From Chiloscyllium plagiosum (lineage: Eukaryota), in the NCBI RefSeq assembly GCF_004010195.1, contig NC_057719.1:21772576-21836575 (forward strand): a stretch of DNA of 64,000 nucleotides, written 5' to 3'. The translations under genes and the position numbers were made by a program. The notes beneath the pieces are model-generated. The model had not been told where the DNA came from and searched no databases. It saw nothing but the letters and a program-made list of their open reading frames with translations. Below are positions 49,848 through 62,794 of the stretch, piece by piece; the stretch's first letter is position 1; each line of letters begins with the position of its first letter.

Positions 49848-52272
49848 GTTAAAAATTACACAACACCAGGTTATGGTCCAACAGGTTTATTTGGGAGCAC
49901 TAGCTTTCGGAATCCTGCTCCTTCATCAGGTGGTTGTGGAGTATAAGATCATAAGACACAGATTTATAGCAAAAGTTCATTGTGTGATGCAACTGAAATT
50001 ATATATTGAAAAAGGTCTGGACTGTTTGTTAAGTCTCCCATCTTTTAGATTGACCATGTTGGTTTCAGTTCTTTCATATGTAAATCTCGGAACTTTTTTT
50101 AAAGTTACATTCTCAAGTGAACTTTATCAAAAGGTGCCACGTCAGCTCAGATAATGCATTGAAGTTGTGAGGTACCCTGTGTGAGGCTGTCTGTGCCCCA
50201 GTGTTTAGACTGATTCTCTTTCTAAAAAGGGATTTTCAGAACCTTGCATAGATTCATGCAGTTTTTGAGCAAAATAAAATGTAATTCTGCAAGTACAAAT
50301 TCACCCACAAACTTATATATGTATGTGGGTGTGTGTGTGTGTGTGTGGGGGGGGGGGAGGATATGAGTGCCTGTAAGAGAGTGCGTGTATATGTATGTGT
50401 GTGAATGTGAGTGTAAAGGGATATAAGTCTGTGAGAGGGGTGACGTGTGTGTGTGTGCGTGTGTGTGTGTGTATGTGGTGCAGTGGGGTCAACTGTAGTG
50501 TGACATGAACCCAAGGTCCCAGTTGAGGCCATCCCCATGGCTTGGCTATCAGCCTCTGCTCGGCCACTTTGCATTGTTGCCTGTCACGAAGTCCGCCTAG
50601 GAGGATGGTCACCCGAATGTCCCAGACCGCTGAAGTGTTCTACGATTGGGAGGGAACACCCCTGTCTGTTAATTTTTGTGCTGTGTCCATTCATATATTG
50701 CCGTAGCCTCTGGTCGGTTTCCCCAATGTACCATGCCTCAGGGCATCCTTGCCTACAGCATATGAGATAGACAACATTGGCCGAGTCACGAGTACCTGTC
50801 TCATACATGATGGGTGGTGTCCCCACGTGTAATGGTGGTATCCATGTGGATACTCTGACACGTCTTACAGCATCCACCGTGACCAGATTGCTATGAACAA
50901 TGATCTATTTGAAGTTTGGTGGTTGTTTAAAGGTGAGCAGTGGAGGTGTGGGGAAGGTCTTGGCGAGGTGCTCATCCTCATTGATAATGTGTTGTGGGCT
51001 GCGAAGAACACGGTGTAGTTTTATGGCTCCTGGGTACCCTGTCGGTTGCAGCTCATGTCTGTCTCCTGAGGAGGTCATTATTGTTTCTCGCTGTAGCATG
51101 TTGGAATTGGCAGTTGGTGAGTTGAGCATTGTACCACATTCTTATGAGGGCATCCTTCAGCACCTTCAGGTGCCTGTCAAGTTCCTTCTCATCTGAACAG
51201 ATCCTGTATATGCGTAGGGCTTGTCCATTGTGGATCACTGTTTTAAGGTTTTGGGTGGAAGCTGGAGAAGAGTAGCATCATGAGGTTATCTGTGAGTTTG
51301 CTGTAAAGTGAGGTGCTGAGGTGCCCATCCTTGATGGCAATGCATGTATCCAAGAATGAGACAGGTAGTAGAGAGTAGTCCATGGTAGATCTGATGGTGG
51401 AATGAAACTCGTTGATATCACTATTTAGTTATTTCAGTAACTCCTTGCCATGGGTCCAGAGGAAGAAAATGTCATCAATATACTTGGTGCATAGTGTTGG
51501 TTGGAGGTCCTGTGCAGAAAGGAGGTCTTATTTGAACCTGTGCCTGAAAATGTTGGTATATTGGGCTACAAATTTTGTCCCCATGACTGTTGCGTGTGTC
51601 TGGATGAAAAACTGATTGTCAAAGGTGAAAATGTTGTGGTCAAGGATGAAGTGGATGAGTTGTAGAATGGTGCTTGGAGATTGGCAGTTGTTGGTGTTGA
51701 GTACTGAGGCTGTCACAGCATTGCCATCATCGTGAGAGATGCTGATGTCGAGTGCTGAGACATCCATTGTGATGAGGAATGTTCTCAGTTCAACTGGTCC
51801 ATGGGTGCTGAATTTCTGTAAGAAATCACGACAAAAGCTGGGCGTCCCCTGTAATGGGTTTCAAGATGCCTACACACACACACACACACTTGTGGGGTGA
51901 ATTTGTACTTGCAGAATTACATTTTATTTTGCTCAAAAACTCCATGGAAGGTTCTAGAAATAAAATCAGTCTGAACACTTGGGCACAGACAGCCTCACAC
52001 AGGGCACCTCACAACTTCAATGCATTATCTGAGCTGACGTAACACCTTTTGATAAAGTTCACTTGAGAATGTAAAAAAAGTTCTGGGATTTACATATGAA
52101 AGAACTGAAACCAACATGGTCATTCTAAAAGATGTGAGACTTAACAAACAATCCAGGTCTTTTTCACCATATAACTTCAATTGCATCACACTGTAAACTT
52201 TTGCTATAAATTCTGTGTCTTACGATCTTATACTTCACAACCACCTGGTCCAACACTGGCATCTTCAAATCA
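49848..52272 (-). mobile_element. Penelope-like element (Neptune type), decayed RT and GIY-YIG, with inverted terminal repeats
   Basis: Minus ORF pieces MDVSAL, NIFTFDNQFFIQTHATVMGTKF, YIDDIFFLW and NVVYLICCRQGCPEAWYIGET...EHFSG; ~49925-50345 is inverted at ~51870-52248. Confidence 0.93.
49898..49932 (-). ncRNA. Minimal type-I hammerhead ribozyme motif (family C)
   Basis: cac CTGATGA A GGAG CAGGA TTCC GAAA G CTA gtg: stem I cac/gtg, palindromic AGCU at stem III, CUA triplet. Confidence 0.75.
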
Positions 52273-52481
52273 TAATTCTACATAATGTGTTTTATCTTAC
52301 TGATGTTCGAGGCATGTCATCATGGTTCACATGAATCTCATTAAATGCCACAATGATGATGATAAAAATATGCGTTGGGATTTTCAGAATTACTCTTTTT
52401 GAAAATGTTTCTGTTCTGCAGAAAGAAAGACATACATCAAAGTGGTGTATTTACAAAATCACACCAACCCAGAGTGCTTTA

Positions 52482-52790
52482 GTTTACATAGATTACTTAC
52501 AGTGTGGAAACAGGCCCTTTGGCCCAACAAGTCCACATAGACCCGCCAAAGCGCAACCCACCCAGACCCATTCCCCTGCATTTACCCCTTCACTTAACAC
52601 TACAGGCAATTTAGCATGGCCTATTCACCTAACCTGCACATTTTTGGAGTGTGGGAGGAAACCAAAGCACCCGGAGGAAACCCTCACAGACACGGGGAGA
52701 ATGTGCAAACTCCACACAGTCAGTCGCTTGAGGCAGGAATTGAATCTGGGTCTCTGGCTGTGAGGCAGCAGTGCTAACCAGTGTGCCATT
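52482..52790 (-). mobile_element. HE1-type V-SINE
   Basis: Reverse complement of the 14740-15048 copy. Confidence 0.93.
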
Positions 52791-53269
52791 GATGTGATTG
52801 TAAAGATTAGTCATTGTAGTAGGATTCTCAACAGTCAGGTTATACATAGGAAAGCTTCCACAAACATCTTTGAATGGGATATGGCTGAAGGTGGAGTTAT
52901 CGTTTTGTTGTCCTATCCAAATGTCTACCACTGATGTGTGAGCCCAAACATTGAGTGTCAGAAGGTTTCAACATGAACAGCATTGTCATCAAAACCAGTT
53001 CAGCCTTCTCTTGATATGTCCGCATGCTCCCTTTCCAACAGATATCAACAGACATCAATCAAGAGTGAACCAATCTTTCGATGTTCTCTCATGTATCCAC
53101 TTAGTCTCCATGTTGTGAACTGACATTTTGCAGAAATAATGGGCTGCCAATTAGAAATGAGAGATGATCAGATGATATGTCACCTCCCTGTACTTCTACA
53201 CTGTAATATTGACATAAGCATCATAAAAACTTCCAACTCATCTTCCCATCTGCAAAATGTCGAAAAGCT

Positions 53270-53550
53270 TTTCTTCTCATTCTTTTATTGGATGTGGGCA
53301 TCACTAGCATAACAAGCATTTGATGTCCATTCTAAACTATTTTAAACTGAATGATTTGCTCGAGCACTGCAGCGGGCTGGAGATTTAGTTTTGCATGTTG
53401 GTCAGAACAAGTCAGGGTGAGAGATTTCCCAGAAGTCATGAGAGAACCAGATGAGTTTTTACAACGATCAATGATTGTTTCATGGCTATAATTACTAGTT
53501 TTCAATTCCAGACTTAATTATGGGGTTTAAATTCTAACAGCTATTGTGAT
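53270..53550 (-). mobile_element. Decayed tRNA-headed SINE (12.8 kb family)
   Basis: ggatgtgggcatcactagc...gaaccagatgagtttttacaacgatc...aattccagac. Confidence 0.6.
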
Positions 53551-54494
53551 GTAGACTGTGTGTTGTATGTGTATTTTTAATATAATTTAGTTTAAGTTTA
53601 GATTTTTGAATTTTGGAATAGTAACATATAGGTTTTTCTGTGTGTCTGAAGAGGTTAATGATTGACTTGTAAGTATTTCCACAATCATAATGATTTATTT
53701 TAAAACAGCTTCATGGAATAGCTTTATAAATCAATGTATTTTTCATTACATTAGAAAGGTTTACAACACAGTAAAGGAAACCACTGTGCATCAAGGTTTC
53801 TGTTAGAAAATCCTGGAATTGTGTTTTTTAAGCTTAAGTGAAACTTAAGGGTGAACTTTAAAGGGAGAAACGTACTATAAACTGAACTGTTGACTCCTGC
53901 GAGTCACTGCAGACTGTGAACATAACCGGGGCAAAGATGTTTTACTTTGCATTTAAATTTGTGTGTGTGTGTGCTGCACTATTATTTCTGTTCATGTTTC
54001 ATAACTCAAGAAAGTGGAATTAAATGTGCCTATTATAAAATGTAAATTAATTTGGTCTGAGAGAAAGGTATCCTCAAAAAGAGACTCTTTGTAAATTAAC
54101 CTTGCCACATGGCCAGTGGGAGCCAATTCCTCCTCCTTCCTTTGGAGCTTGGCAATTTGGAGTATCCCACCTGGAACACGATAATCTTTGTTGGGATTTG
54201 ACCATAACAGCAGGTCAGTGCCAAACCTGTATTGCATATCAGGTTGTACCCAACTACAATCACAGTAGTGATATCAAGCCAGTTTTATTCTCACATCTAC
54301 TGGGACAGACTCCACACAGACATTAATCGGAACCTCTCATTGATGTCCCAGGTGGCATTATCAGGAAATCAAAGGGAAACTCCACTGTGATGATTCCCTG
54401 CATTGGTCTATCAATTATTTGCATCAGAAGGCAATATAGTGCAGAAATTGCTGTTTAGCTGACAGCAGTCTTGCCTTTGATTCAGTCTCTACGC

Positions 54495-54805
54495 TGATGT
54501 TTCTGGGCAGTGCTGATGGAATGCGACATGGCTAGAAGTACTGGTTTTTGGATGAGATATTAAACTGAAGTCTTATTTATACCCTCCGCTGCACCGTTTG
54601 GAAATGAAGTAGGGAAGTTTTTTTTTAGAATTCTAGTCAATATTAAATTATCTGAAGAGACTGTCTGGTCATTATCACAAAGCCATTTTGTGACAATTTA
54701 CTGTGTGCAAATTGGCCCCTCTATTTCTTAGATTATTGTAGTAATTCCATTTTATTATAAATCACCTTTGGGCATCCCAAGATTAGGTGAAGTGCATAAA
54801 CAGAA
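54495..54805 (+). mobile_element. Decayed Deu-domain SINE
   Basis: gcagtgctgatggaatgc...ggatgagatattaaactg...tctggtcattatcaca...ctgtgtgcaaattggc. Confidence 0.7.
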
Positions 54806-55783
54806 AAGTGACAGAGTACAACGTGATAAAGTGACAGAATACAACATGATAAAGTTCATTCTACACTGATATTCATGTATATTGTGGTTTCACAATGTTT
54901 GCTGTAAATGTAAAAACATGTATTACAGTCTAGCTTTGTTACATATGCTGTTTCAAGGCAAAGGAACATCATTGTGAAGCTCAGGAAGTGCACAATGTAG
55001 TTGGGTGCAAAACGGCATGAATTGAATTTAAAACCATGATGTGAAATCAGAAGGTGTCTGTGTGCAATGAGTGACTTCCCTGCCTTTCAGTCACACGATG
55101 TGTTCAGGCCTGGGGCTTGATAACCAAAGAATGTGATTTCTATATTGTGGCCAAGTGTAGGTTGAACATGAAATTGTAAGTCTTTTCATGAACAAGACGT
55201 AGTAAGATTGGGAGAGAAAACTGTAGCCTCTACCCTCATTATTCATATCTTCAGGACTACAACATGTGTAAAAGTTCATGCTACGCAGGAACCTGTACCT
55301 CTTGAGAGTCTAGTTAACTCAGTCATCCAGACAGCTATCATAGATCAAATTGATGTCAACAACATGAGGTTCAATTTGGAACCTGCTTCTTTGACCTACC
55401 CATGTTGGAGGTTGTAGCACTGTGAGTTGGATCTGCTTTCTGCTAGAGAACTGAAAATGGGTGAAACCAATTGAAGCAGGCCATCTAACATCATATTAGC
55501 TCCCATCATTGCAAGAGCATGTTCTAAAATAAGTTCCTACACAGCTAAGATAAATACTCTTGATAACTCTTTAAACTTAAGCTTGCAGCAAGTCAATGAA
55601 CCTTCTAGCTCCCTGTTGACATTGAAATATAATCAACATTTTGAATGACAACATTCAGATTCCAGACAGTGTTGCAGTGATTATGAGCTCTTGTGCAGAA
55701 CCAGAGAGTACCAAGGCATGTTGAGAATTTAAATTCATATATCTTTTAATTTTTGGTCCGATGATGTAAGTTGTAAAATGTTA

Positions 55784-55915
55784 AACAACAAAAAACACAG
55801 AACTGCAGATGCTGGAAATCAGAAATTGCTGGAAAAGCTCAGCAGCTCTTGTAGTATCTGTGGAGAGAAAGCAGAGTTAACATTTCGGGTCCAGTGACCC
55901 TTCTTCAGAACACAA
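55784..55915 (-). mobile_element. Family A Penelope-type short element with 13-bp TSD
   Basis: ttgtaaaatgtta (55771-55783) and ttgtaaaatgcta (55916-55928). Confidence 0.85.
55876..55911 (-). ncRNA. Minimal type-I hammerhead ribozyme motif (family A)
   Basis: gtt CTGAAGA A GGGTC ACTG GACCC GAAA T GTT aac: stem I gtt/aac, perfect 5-bp stem II, GUU triplet. Confidence 0.7.
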
Positions 55916-55982
55916 TTGTAAAATGCTACTTGTTTCTTTGCAGGGAAAGCTATTTCCCACACTAGATTCTTGTCCACTCTTG

Positions 55983-56190
55983 GCGAAAGTCAGTACTGCA
56001 GATGCTGGAGATCAGAGTCAAGATTAGAGTTGTGCTGGAAAAACACAGCTGGTCAGGCAGCATCCAAGGAGCAGGAAAATCGATGTTTCAGGTAAAAGCC
56101 TTGAAGGACTTTTACCCAAACTGTCAATTTTCCTGCTCCTCAGATGCTGCCTGACCTGCTGTGTTTTTCCAGCACCACTCTAGTCTTGAC
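55983..56190. mobile_element. Fold-back family B short element with 15-bp TSD
   Basis: Inverted arms meet at ~56100; tcttgtccactcttg at 55968-55982 and 56191-56205. Confidence 0.88.
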
Positions 56191-58724
56191 TCTTGTCCAC
56201 TCTTGTCCACATGAGTTGACTGACTCTTTAGGCCATTTGAAATGGATAGGCTCTCGACTGCAAACTTGCTCAGGTCTGCCAGCTTTATGTTACTATAACA
56301 AACTGTGCCTGAAACTGGTTACTCTAGTGGGATACACACTTAGGACAAACTTTCAATTTCAGCAAGGATATATAACTATTGGTTTTGGATTGCTGGCCTG
56401 TTATACATCTCAACTAGTTTTTCTCAGGCAGCAGATACGACACCACCAGTTCTTAAGGTCCTGCCAAAATTAGAAGTTCTGCTTTGGTTCCTATGAATCA
56501 TAGAATTATACAGCACAGAAAAAGTTTGACTTATTGTGAGTGTGCTGACATTTTGAAAGGACTAGCAATTAAATCTGTGTTCTTTTCAAAGTCTGGTAAA
56601 TTTTTCTCCCATCCCTTTCTCTCTTGCATTAGCTTTCTGCTCAGAACGTTGAAACGAATGAAATCCTGCCATTGTCTACTTGCTATTTGTCTGCTAATAT
56701 GTGATTCTGGTCCACATCTTTCTCAGCTCACCACCCCCTCCTCCAGCACAATTAGGGTTGGGAAATAAATGGTGGGTAAGGAAGCAACACCCATATCCCA
56801 GTTCCCATTTTAACTTGCTGCTGTTAGCCATTGTTGTTTAAACGTTGTTACACTTGGTTATGCTTTATCTTTTTTCATATTCTAAACTCTACTTCTATTG
56901 ACATTGTGATTAGAATGGTTCGAATGAAACATGCTTCCCTTCTCCAGAATTTGGTCCTTCACTACATCCTTTCTCATTGGGCTACACTGGCCAGGATAAG
57001 TCTCTTGTAGATACTTCTAGAATCCCTCCATCTCTTTCAACTGTCCTTATTTCATTGTAAATGTAGACAATGGGTGTTTCTCAATAAGACAAGTCTGTAG
57101 TTTGTAACTAGTTTCATTTAGATGTACAAAAGAGGTTTCTGATGCATTCTGTAAATATACTTTTGTTGAATTCTATAGAATATTTAGCAAAATATTTCCA
57201 ATGTCTAAACCGTGCCTTCTTCACAAAAACAAATTGTATCATATTCAGAATTTGATGTAAAGATGAAAACAACATTTTTGGAGGCCTACAGGGAAGGATC
57301 AGATGATTAAATTGAAGCCAAGCATTGACTCAAACCTGAAGGTCAGTTGGCTGTCTTCTATGCTCGCAATGATTCTCTTTCTGGTTAAACGATACATTTG
57401 GATCAAAGGAGATGAGAAAGGGAAAACTAGATGACATTTAAATTGACTGGTCCCTTTTAAACTCGACAAGGCTTTTATTTCTCACAAAACATGTAGCATG
57501 CATAATATATTTCAATACCTTCTCAATACACAGGACAGAAGCATAGCTTCAGTGCTCTTTAACTGCGACTACAATGGAAATCAACTATTCCCCAGTATCC
57601 TCTTCAGATCAGGAAACAGCTCAGTTTATACTGGGTGCAAGAGCACAGCTATGTCATTCCAGACGGAGTGCACTGGGAAGTACTTGAACTGAGAAATTTA
57701 AGCAGCAAAATACTGAAAGATTACTACTTCACACTACATAAAGCATATGAAATTGTAGGAAATAATTTGGATCTGACCCAGTAGCTTTCTGACAAGGTCA
57801 GTTCTCATGTTAAGACAAGCTACCTACACCACCTTTTAAACAGGGCCCAGTGAGAATGATGTCAGTTAAATCAAAAAATGAAGTTTGTGAATCATGTCTG
57901 TTCCTATCAGAGTTCCAACTTTCTTCTGGGTTCCTGCACTGATTTTACAAATATTTATGTAAAACCTGCTTTCGAAAATATGCACAAAAAAAAACAACAG
58001 ACTTAATGGGAATAATAAGGGCTTGGATTTGACAGACTTTAATTATCACTTTTGTTGCGATTTTTCTCATGAAGGCATCACAAAAGAAATAGTCGTGACC
58101 AATGGAAAATTGTCATAACACCTGGGTGTGTTGAAATCAAAAGCAAGTCTTCAAAAATTGAAGGAAACACTAGCTGTTCAGTGAGATGTTTTGGAATTTC
58201 TTTTGATAGGCATGATCTCTGCACTACAGGGCTCATAAATTAGAGTTCGTAGAAGTGATTATTTTTGTAGATTAACTGATGGAGACAAGGGCGTTGTACA
58301 GAAGCCAAACAATGAACAGGAACCTTAAGTTTAAAGGTGATGAGCAAAATATTTCACCATTCTTTTGACTGAAGAAAACAGAGACAGGAATTCAAGTCCA
58401 AAATTTATTTTACAATGTAACAATGCAAACCTAACTACCTATAAAAGCCACTCTTGATTATCTAAGCATTAAGTCATTTTTTCTTCCCACCTTCTGCAAC
58501 AATGGTAGCACTTTGCTGTTCCAGTCTTCTGACATTTTTTTTACAGGGGTGTTAACTGCCAGCATTTGTGTGAGATAGCTGCATTTTATCAGCAATAAGC
58601 TATTTAACCACAGAAGGCTTCATATCCACGATTAACTTAGATAGTAATAGTTACCCAAATGTATACTATGAAATCACTCTGGGTAAAGCTTAACTGTATT
58701 TATTCTGTGTTCCTTTCAAACACT

Positions 58725-59012
58725 GGGTGGTTCAATGGTTAGCACTGTTGCCTCACAGTGCCAGGGCCTGGATTTGATTCCAACCTTGGACAACTGTGTG
58801 AAGTTTGCACATTCTCCCTGTGTTTACGTGGGTTTGCTCCAATTTCCTCCCACAGTCTGAAGGTGTGCAGGTTAGGTAGACTGGCCATTTAAATTCCCCA
58901 TAGTGTCCAGGGATGTGCAGGCTAGGTGGGTTAGCTATGGGAAATGCAGGGATAGGGGTGGGTCATTCAGTGTGGCTGAATGGCCTGCTTCCACACTGAA
59001 GGGATTCTATAC
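58725..59012 (+). mobile_element. HE1-related V-SINE
   Basis: ggtggttcaatggttagcactgttgcctcacagtgccaggg head plus V-domain. Confidence 0.88.
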
Positions 59013-59434
59013 CATTAAAACATATTCAATAATGTGATTGATAGAGGATAGTGTGAATCATTATTTTCAAAATGTATTGACAGCTGCTTAAACTTTGTTC
59101 TTGAATGGTTGTATTCCATAATATTTTGTTCCATTCTCTTAAGTAACTAACTATTCCTTCTCTGTTTCCCTCAGACATCTTGGATGTGATTAAATGTCTC
59201 TTCAACAAACTCCTACAAAAAACCTGAATGCTGTTCCAGCAAACAGCAACAGTACAGCTTTTGTGCCTGAGATTTCATCACTGTTGTAACATCACAGATA
59301 ATATCTAAGAAACAAGGAATTGAAGTCCTGCCATATTGATTGTATAATCTTAAATGACAAGGAACAGTGTTCTGCAGGTATTCGTAAAGAACAATGCTTT
59401 ATTTGAATTATGTATTCTAGTATCATATGATTAA

Positions 59435-59810
59435 AAATCTAGTGTTTATAAAGCATGTTTCATCACTTTGGGACTTTCCAAAATGCACTAAAGCCAATGA
59501 AGTACTCTTGCAGTGTAGTGATTGTGGTTATGTAGGAAACATAGCAGTCAATTCGCATACCATGACATCATTGCTATCATTACCAAGTAATCCATTTTGA
59601 ATGTTAATTGTGGAATAAATTGTAACCTGAGTGAACTCTCCGCTCTTCTTTGAAATAGTGTCAAGGGATTTTTTTACGTCTACACAACACAGCAAATGGC
59701 ATTTCAGTTGAATATCTTATCTGAAAGATTGCACCTCCAACAATGCGGCACTCCCTTAGCACAAACTGAACCTCAGCTTAGACTCTGTGCTCAAGTTTCA
59801 GAGTAGAATG
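59435..59810 (-). mobile_element. Deu-domain SINE (SacSINE1-like)
   Basis: agccaatgaagtactcttgcagtgtagtg...gctcttctttgaaatagtgtcaagggat...ctgaaagattgcacctccaacaatgcggcactccctt. Confidence 0.8.
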
Positions 59811-61529
59811 TCAATTGAGATTAATCCAATTTCAACAATAAAATGGAGTTGAAAGTATTAGATAAAATGTTTATTGTCAGGTCATGGTTCTGACATTTCA
59901 ACTTTCTTGTGGAAAAAAAAATTGTGTGGATTTTACTTGGAGTAACAAAAACTGCTTTAAAATAAACAATACTTTTCAATATGACCTTAAATGATTCTAA
60001 AATGACATTTGAAGTTGATCTAAACCAACCTGCTGTTTCTGTGATGACATGAAGTAAAACGCTGAAAACTTTCATGTGGAGATGGCGGCACCATGTTACT
60101 GGACTTTTCCTTAGAGGAATCACACAAGTGAATTGTAACATTTTCAGTTTGAACAACTTTAATCACATTGAAGATTCAGCAATTCCAAAACTTGTGACAA
60201 CTTTACCATGTCGATTTCTGAATCTCACCTAAATAGACAGGAGAATGAGGAATGAACCATGCTGAGATATGTTTCTTCAGGACTACATAATTTTGATGTG
60301 TAGGATATTTTTACTGTGGCAAACATCAGATGCAAGGAAGCTCTTATCTCAAGAGGCCAGCATGCATCCACATAAGAAGACAGACCCATTCAAGTGATAT
60401 TTGGATGCCTTCCACTGATTTTCTGTGATTTAATTATGTTTATCCAACAATTAACTGCCAGTAGCCATGTTTCCTCTTCAACACCAACCATAGAACTCAA
60501 AACCATTTGTACACGAGGACCTGCTGATGTATCTTCCCTTAACAAATCCCTTAATAATATCCTGTAATATCATTGATTCTGCCAAGAATGCCAGACTCAG
60601 ATATGATTTATGCCTTTCCATTGCTCGGATGGACAATTAAACTTTCAACTTCCCCAATGAACGCCTTACTAACATTACTATTACGGATTGCTGAATCCCA
60701 TGAATACAGTACTAACAAACTGCAGATGTTTCCATTGATATAAAAGCTAGGGCTTTTGAAACTTCTAAGGCTGCATGACAGGCCACCCTTGTTTCGCAGG
60801 CTGTCCATATGAAGTAATTCCCCAGATGATTTCTCTCGTGATACCTGATATGTGAGTCACCAAGAAGGCAAACTCCACTTGATGCAGGTGTGTCCCATCT
60901 TTACTGTAAAATAAACAAGATTTAAAGCTTTAAATGATGACAAACCATTAAGGGGCTTTCTGAGTGCTGCCACAGGGGAGGTTTGGATAAATCTGAATGG
61001 AAATAAAGCAGCTTTTGGCATCTGTGCTCTATATCCAACACACTAAGTGATAATCTTGCATGGACCTGAGAACAGATTTAAGGTTTGGGTTTATGCAACT
61101 ACTGAAGAAAGACTCTGCCACTGAAATCCTTTTTTTAATCACACATGTTTGGCATTTGCAGAACAGTGTCCATTCTTCAAAAAAAATCTCAGAAGCAGTT
61201 CTCTTATTGAGTTGAATTTTGATTTTGGGTGCTGTTGTGGTGCAGGGCTGAAATCATGGGAGGATGGAGGCTAATACATATGGGCCTGTTGTCTCTTTCT
61301 AGGCCTGAATCCACAAAACATGCACAAACCTAATGCAAATTATTGCAGGCTGAGGACAGAGCGAAGCCTGATTTCACCTCAAATTAATTGAATTTTGGTC
61401 CTCATATTTGTGGTAATGTTAAATCTTGCATGTAACCTGATTATTTTGAATATTACAATAAGTGATAGTGAATTAACAACTATCTTACCAATATTGTAAC
61501 TTTTGAATTTTTAGGGCAATGGATTGCGA

Positions 61530-62085
61530 GGACGTGGGTTGGGCCATTTTTGGAATACTGCATTCAATTTCGGTCTTCCTGCTATAGGAAATATGTTGTG
61601 AAACTTGAAAGGATTCAGAAAATATTTGCAAGGATGTTGCCAGGGTTTGAGGGTTTGAGCGATAGGGAAAGGTTGAATAGGCTGGGGCTGTATTCCCTTG
61701 AGTGTCATAGGCTGAGGGGTGACCTCATAAACGTTTATAAAATCATGACGGGCATGGATAGGGTGAATAATCAAGGTTTTTTTCCTCGGTGTAGGGGAGT
61801 CCAAAACTAAAGGGCATAGATTTAAGGTGAGAGGGGAAAGATTTAAAAGACATCTAAGGGCAACTTTTTCACACAGAGTGTGGTGCGCGTATGGAATAAG
61901 CTGCCTGAGGAACTGGTGGAGGCTGGTACAATTACAATATTGAAAAGACATTTGGATGGTTACATGAACAGGAAGGGTTTAGAGGGATAGGGACCAAATT
62001 CTGGCAACTGGGGCAAGTTTAATTTAGAATATCTGGTCGGCATTGTCAAGTTGGACCAGATGGTATATCTCTTTGATGCTATAAG
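61530..62085 (+). mobile_element. CR1/HER1-type LINE 3' fragment
   Basis: LEYCIQF...LERIQKIFARMLPG...LGLYSLE. Confidence 0.9.
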
Positions 62086-62608
62086 AACATCAAGGCAACA
62101 CAGAGAAGAGAGAAATCTGCAGCTGTAGGCCTCAGGGTAATAATCCAGTGCTTTTCAGTCCCAAAGAAATTTATGCTTTCTTAACGGCTCTGATACTGAA
62201 ACCAGCCAAACAGAGTTTGGAAAGCTCTCCATAATAGGGACACGTATCTGCTGTCCTTGTCTCCACCAGCTGCTTCTGTATATTGGTGTTGTATGTACCA
62301 TCACATGAGAATCCATTATCAGACACAGTGAGTATGGGTCCTGGATGGTGAACATTCTGCATGAATGACTTCCTCTGCACAGTCTGGTACTTCCTTGGCA
62401 ATTCTCTGTTTCGGACCCTTGATGGTCCTGTAAGAAATGAAAGTTGGGAATTGAAACTGTCAAAAGAAGAGGGTGCCAAGATATCACGGTGCCATTATTA
62501 TTTTCTTTTGGCTGCTGACATCATGTCAGCATGAGGAAGAACTGTATACTGTTCCATGGTGTGATTTGCAATAGGTAGTTGTGAGGCTCTGATTTTTTTC
62601 AAGCATAC

Positions 62609-62706
62609 CAAGATGCATATTTTGTCCACTTCCTCGTCTTCTGAGCTGTCAGTATGGATATGGGTGCAGTGCTCTGTCTTCCCATGGTTTCCTGGATTCT
62701 CTTCCC
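62609..62706 (-). other. Candidate 98-nt exon of an unidentified transcript
   Basis: Acceptor ttcttccttctgaccttttag and donor TTG|gtatgc; two frames open (EENPGNHGKTEHCTHIHTDSSEDEEVDKICIL in one). No homology recognised. Confidence 0.25.
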
Positions 62707-62794
62707 CTAAAAGGTCAGAAGGAAGAATCTATGAGTGTAAGAAATACAATGTGTTAATTTGATAGATGATCACCATCTGTAGTTGGGCAGAAAC

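Noticed and set aside
53558..54208. Possible solo LTR (TGTTG...TAACA)
   Set aside because: No matching target-site duplication, primer-binding site or polypurine tract found.
54807..54856. 23-bp direct duplication (aagtgacagagtacaacgtgata)
   Set aside because: Simple two-copy slippage duplication with no further structure.
59821..60808. Minus-strand ORFs of 111 and 66 aa
   Set aside because: No recognisable homology and no consistent exon structure.
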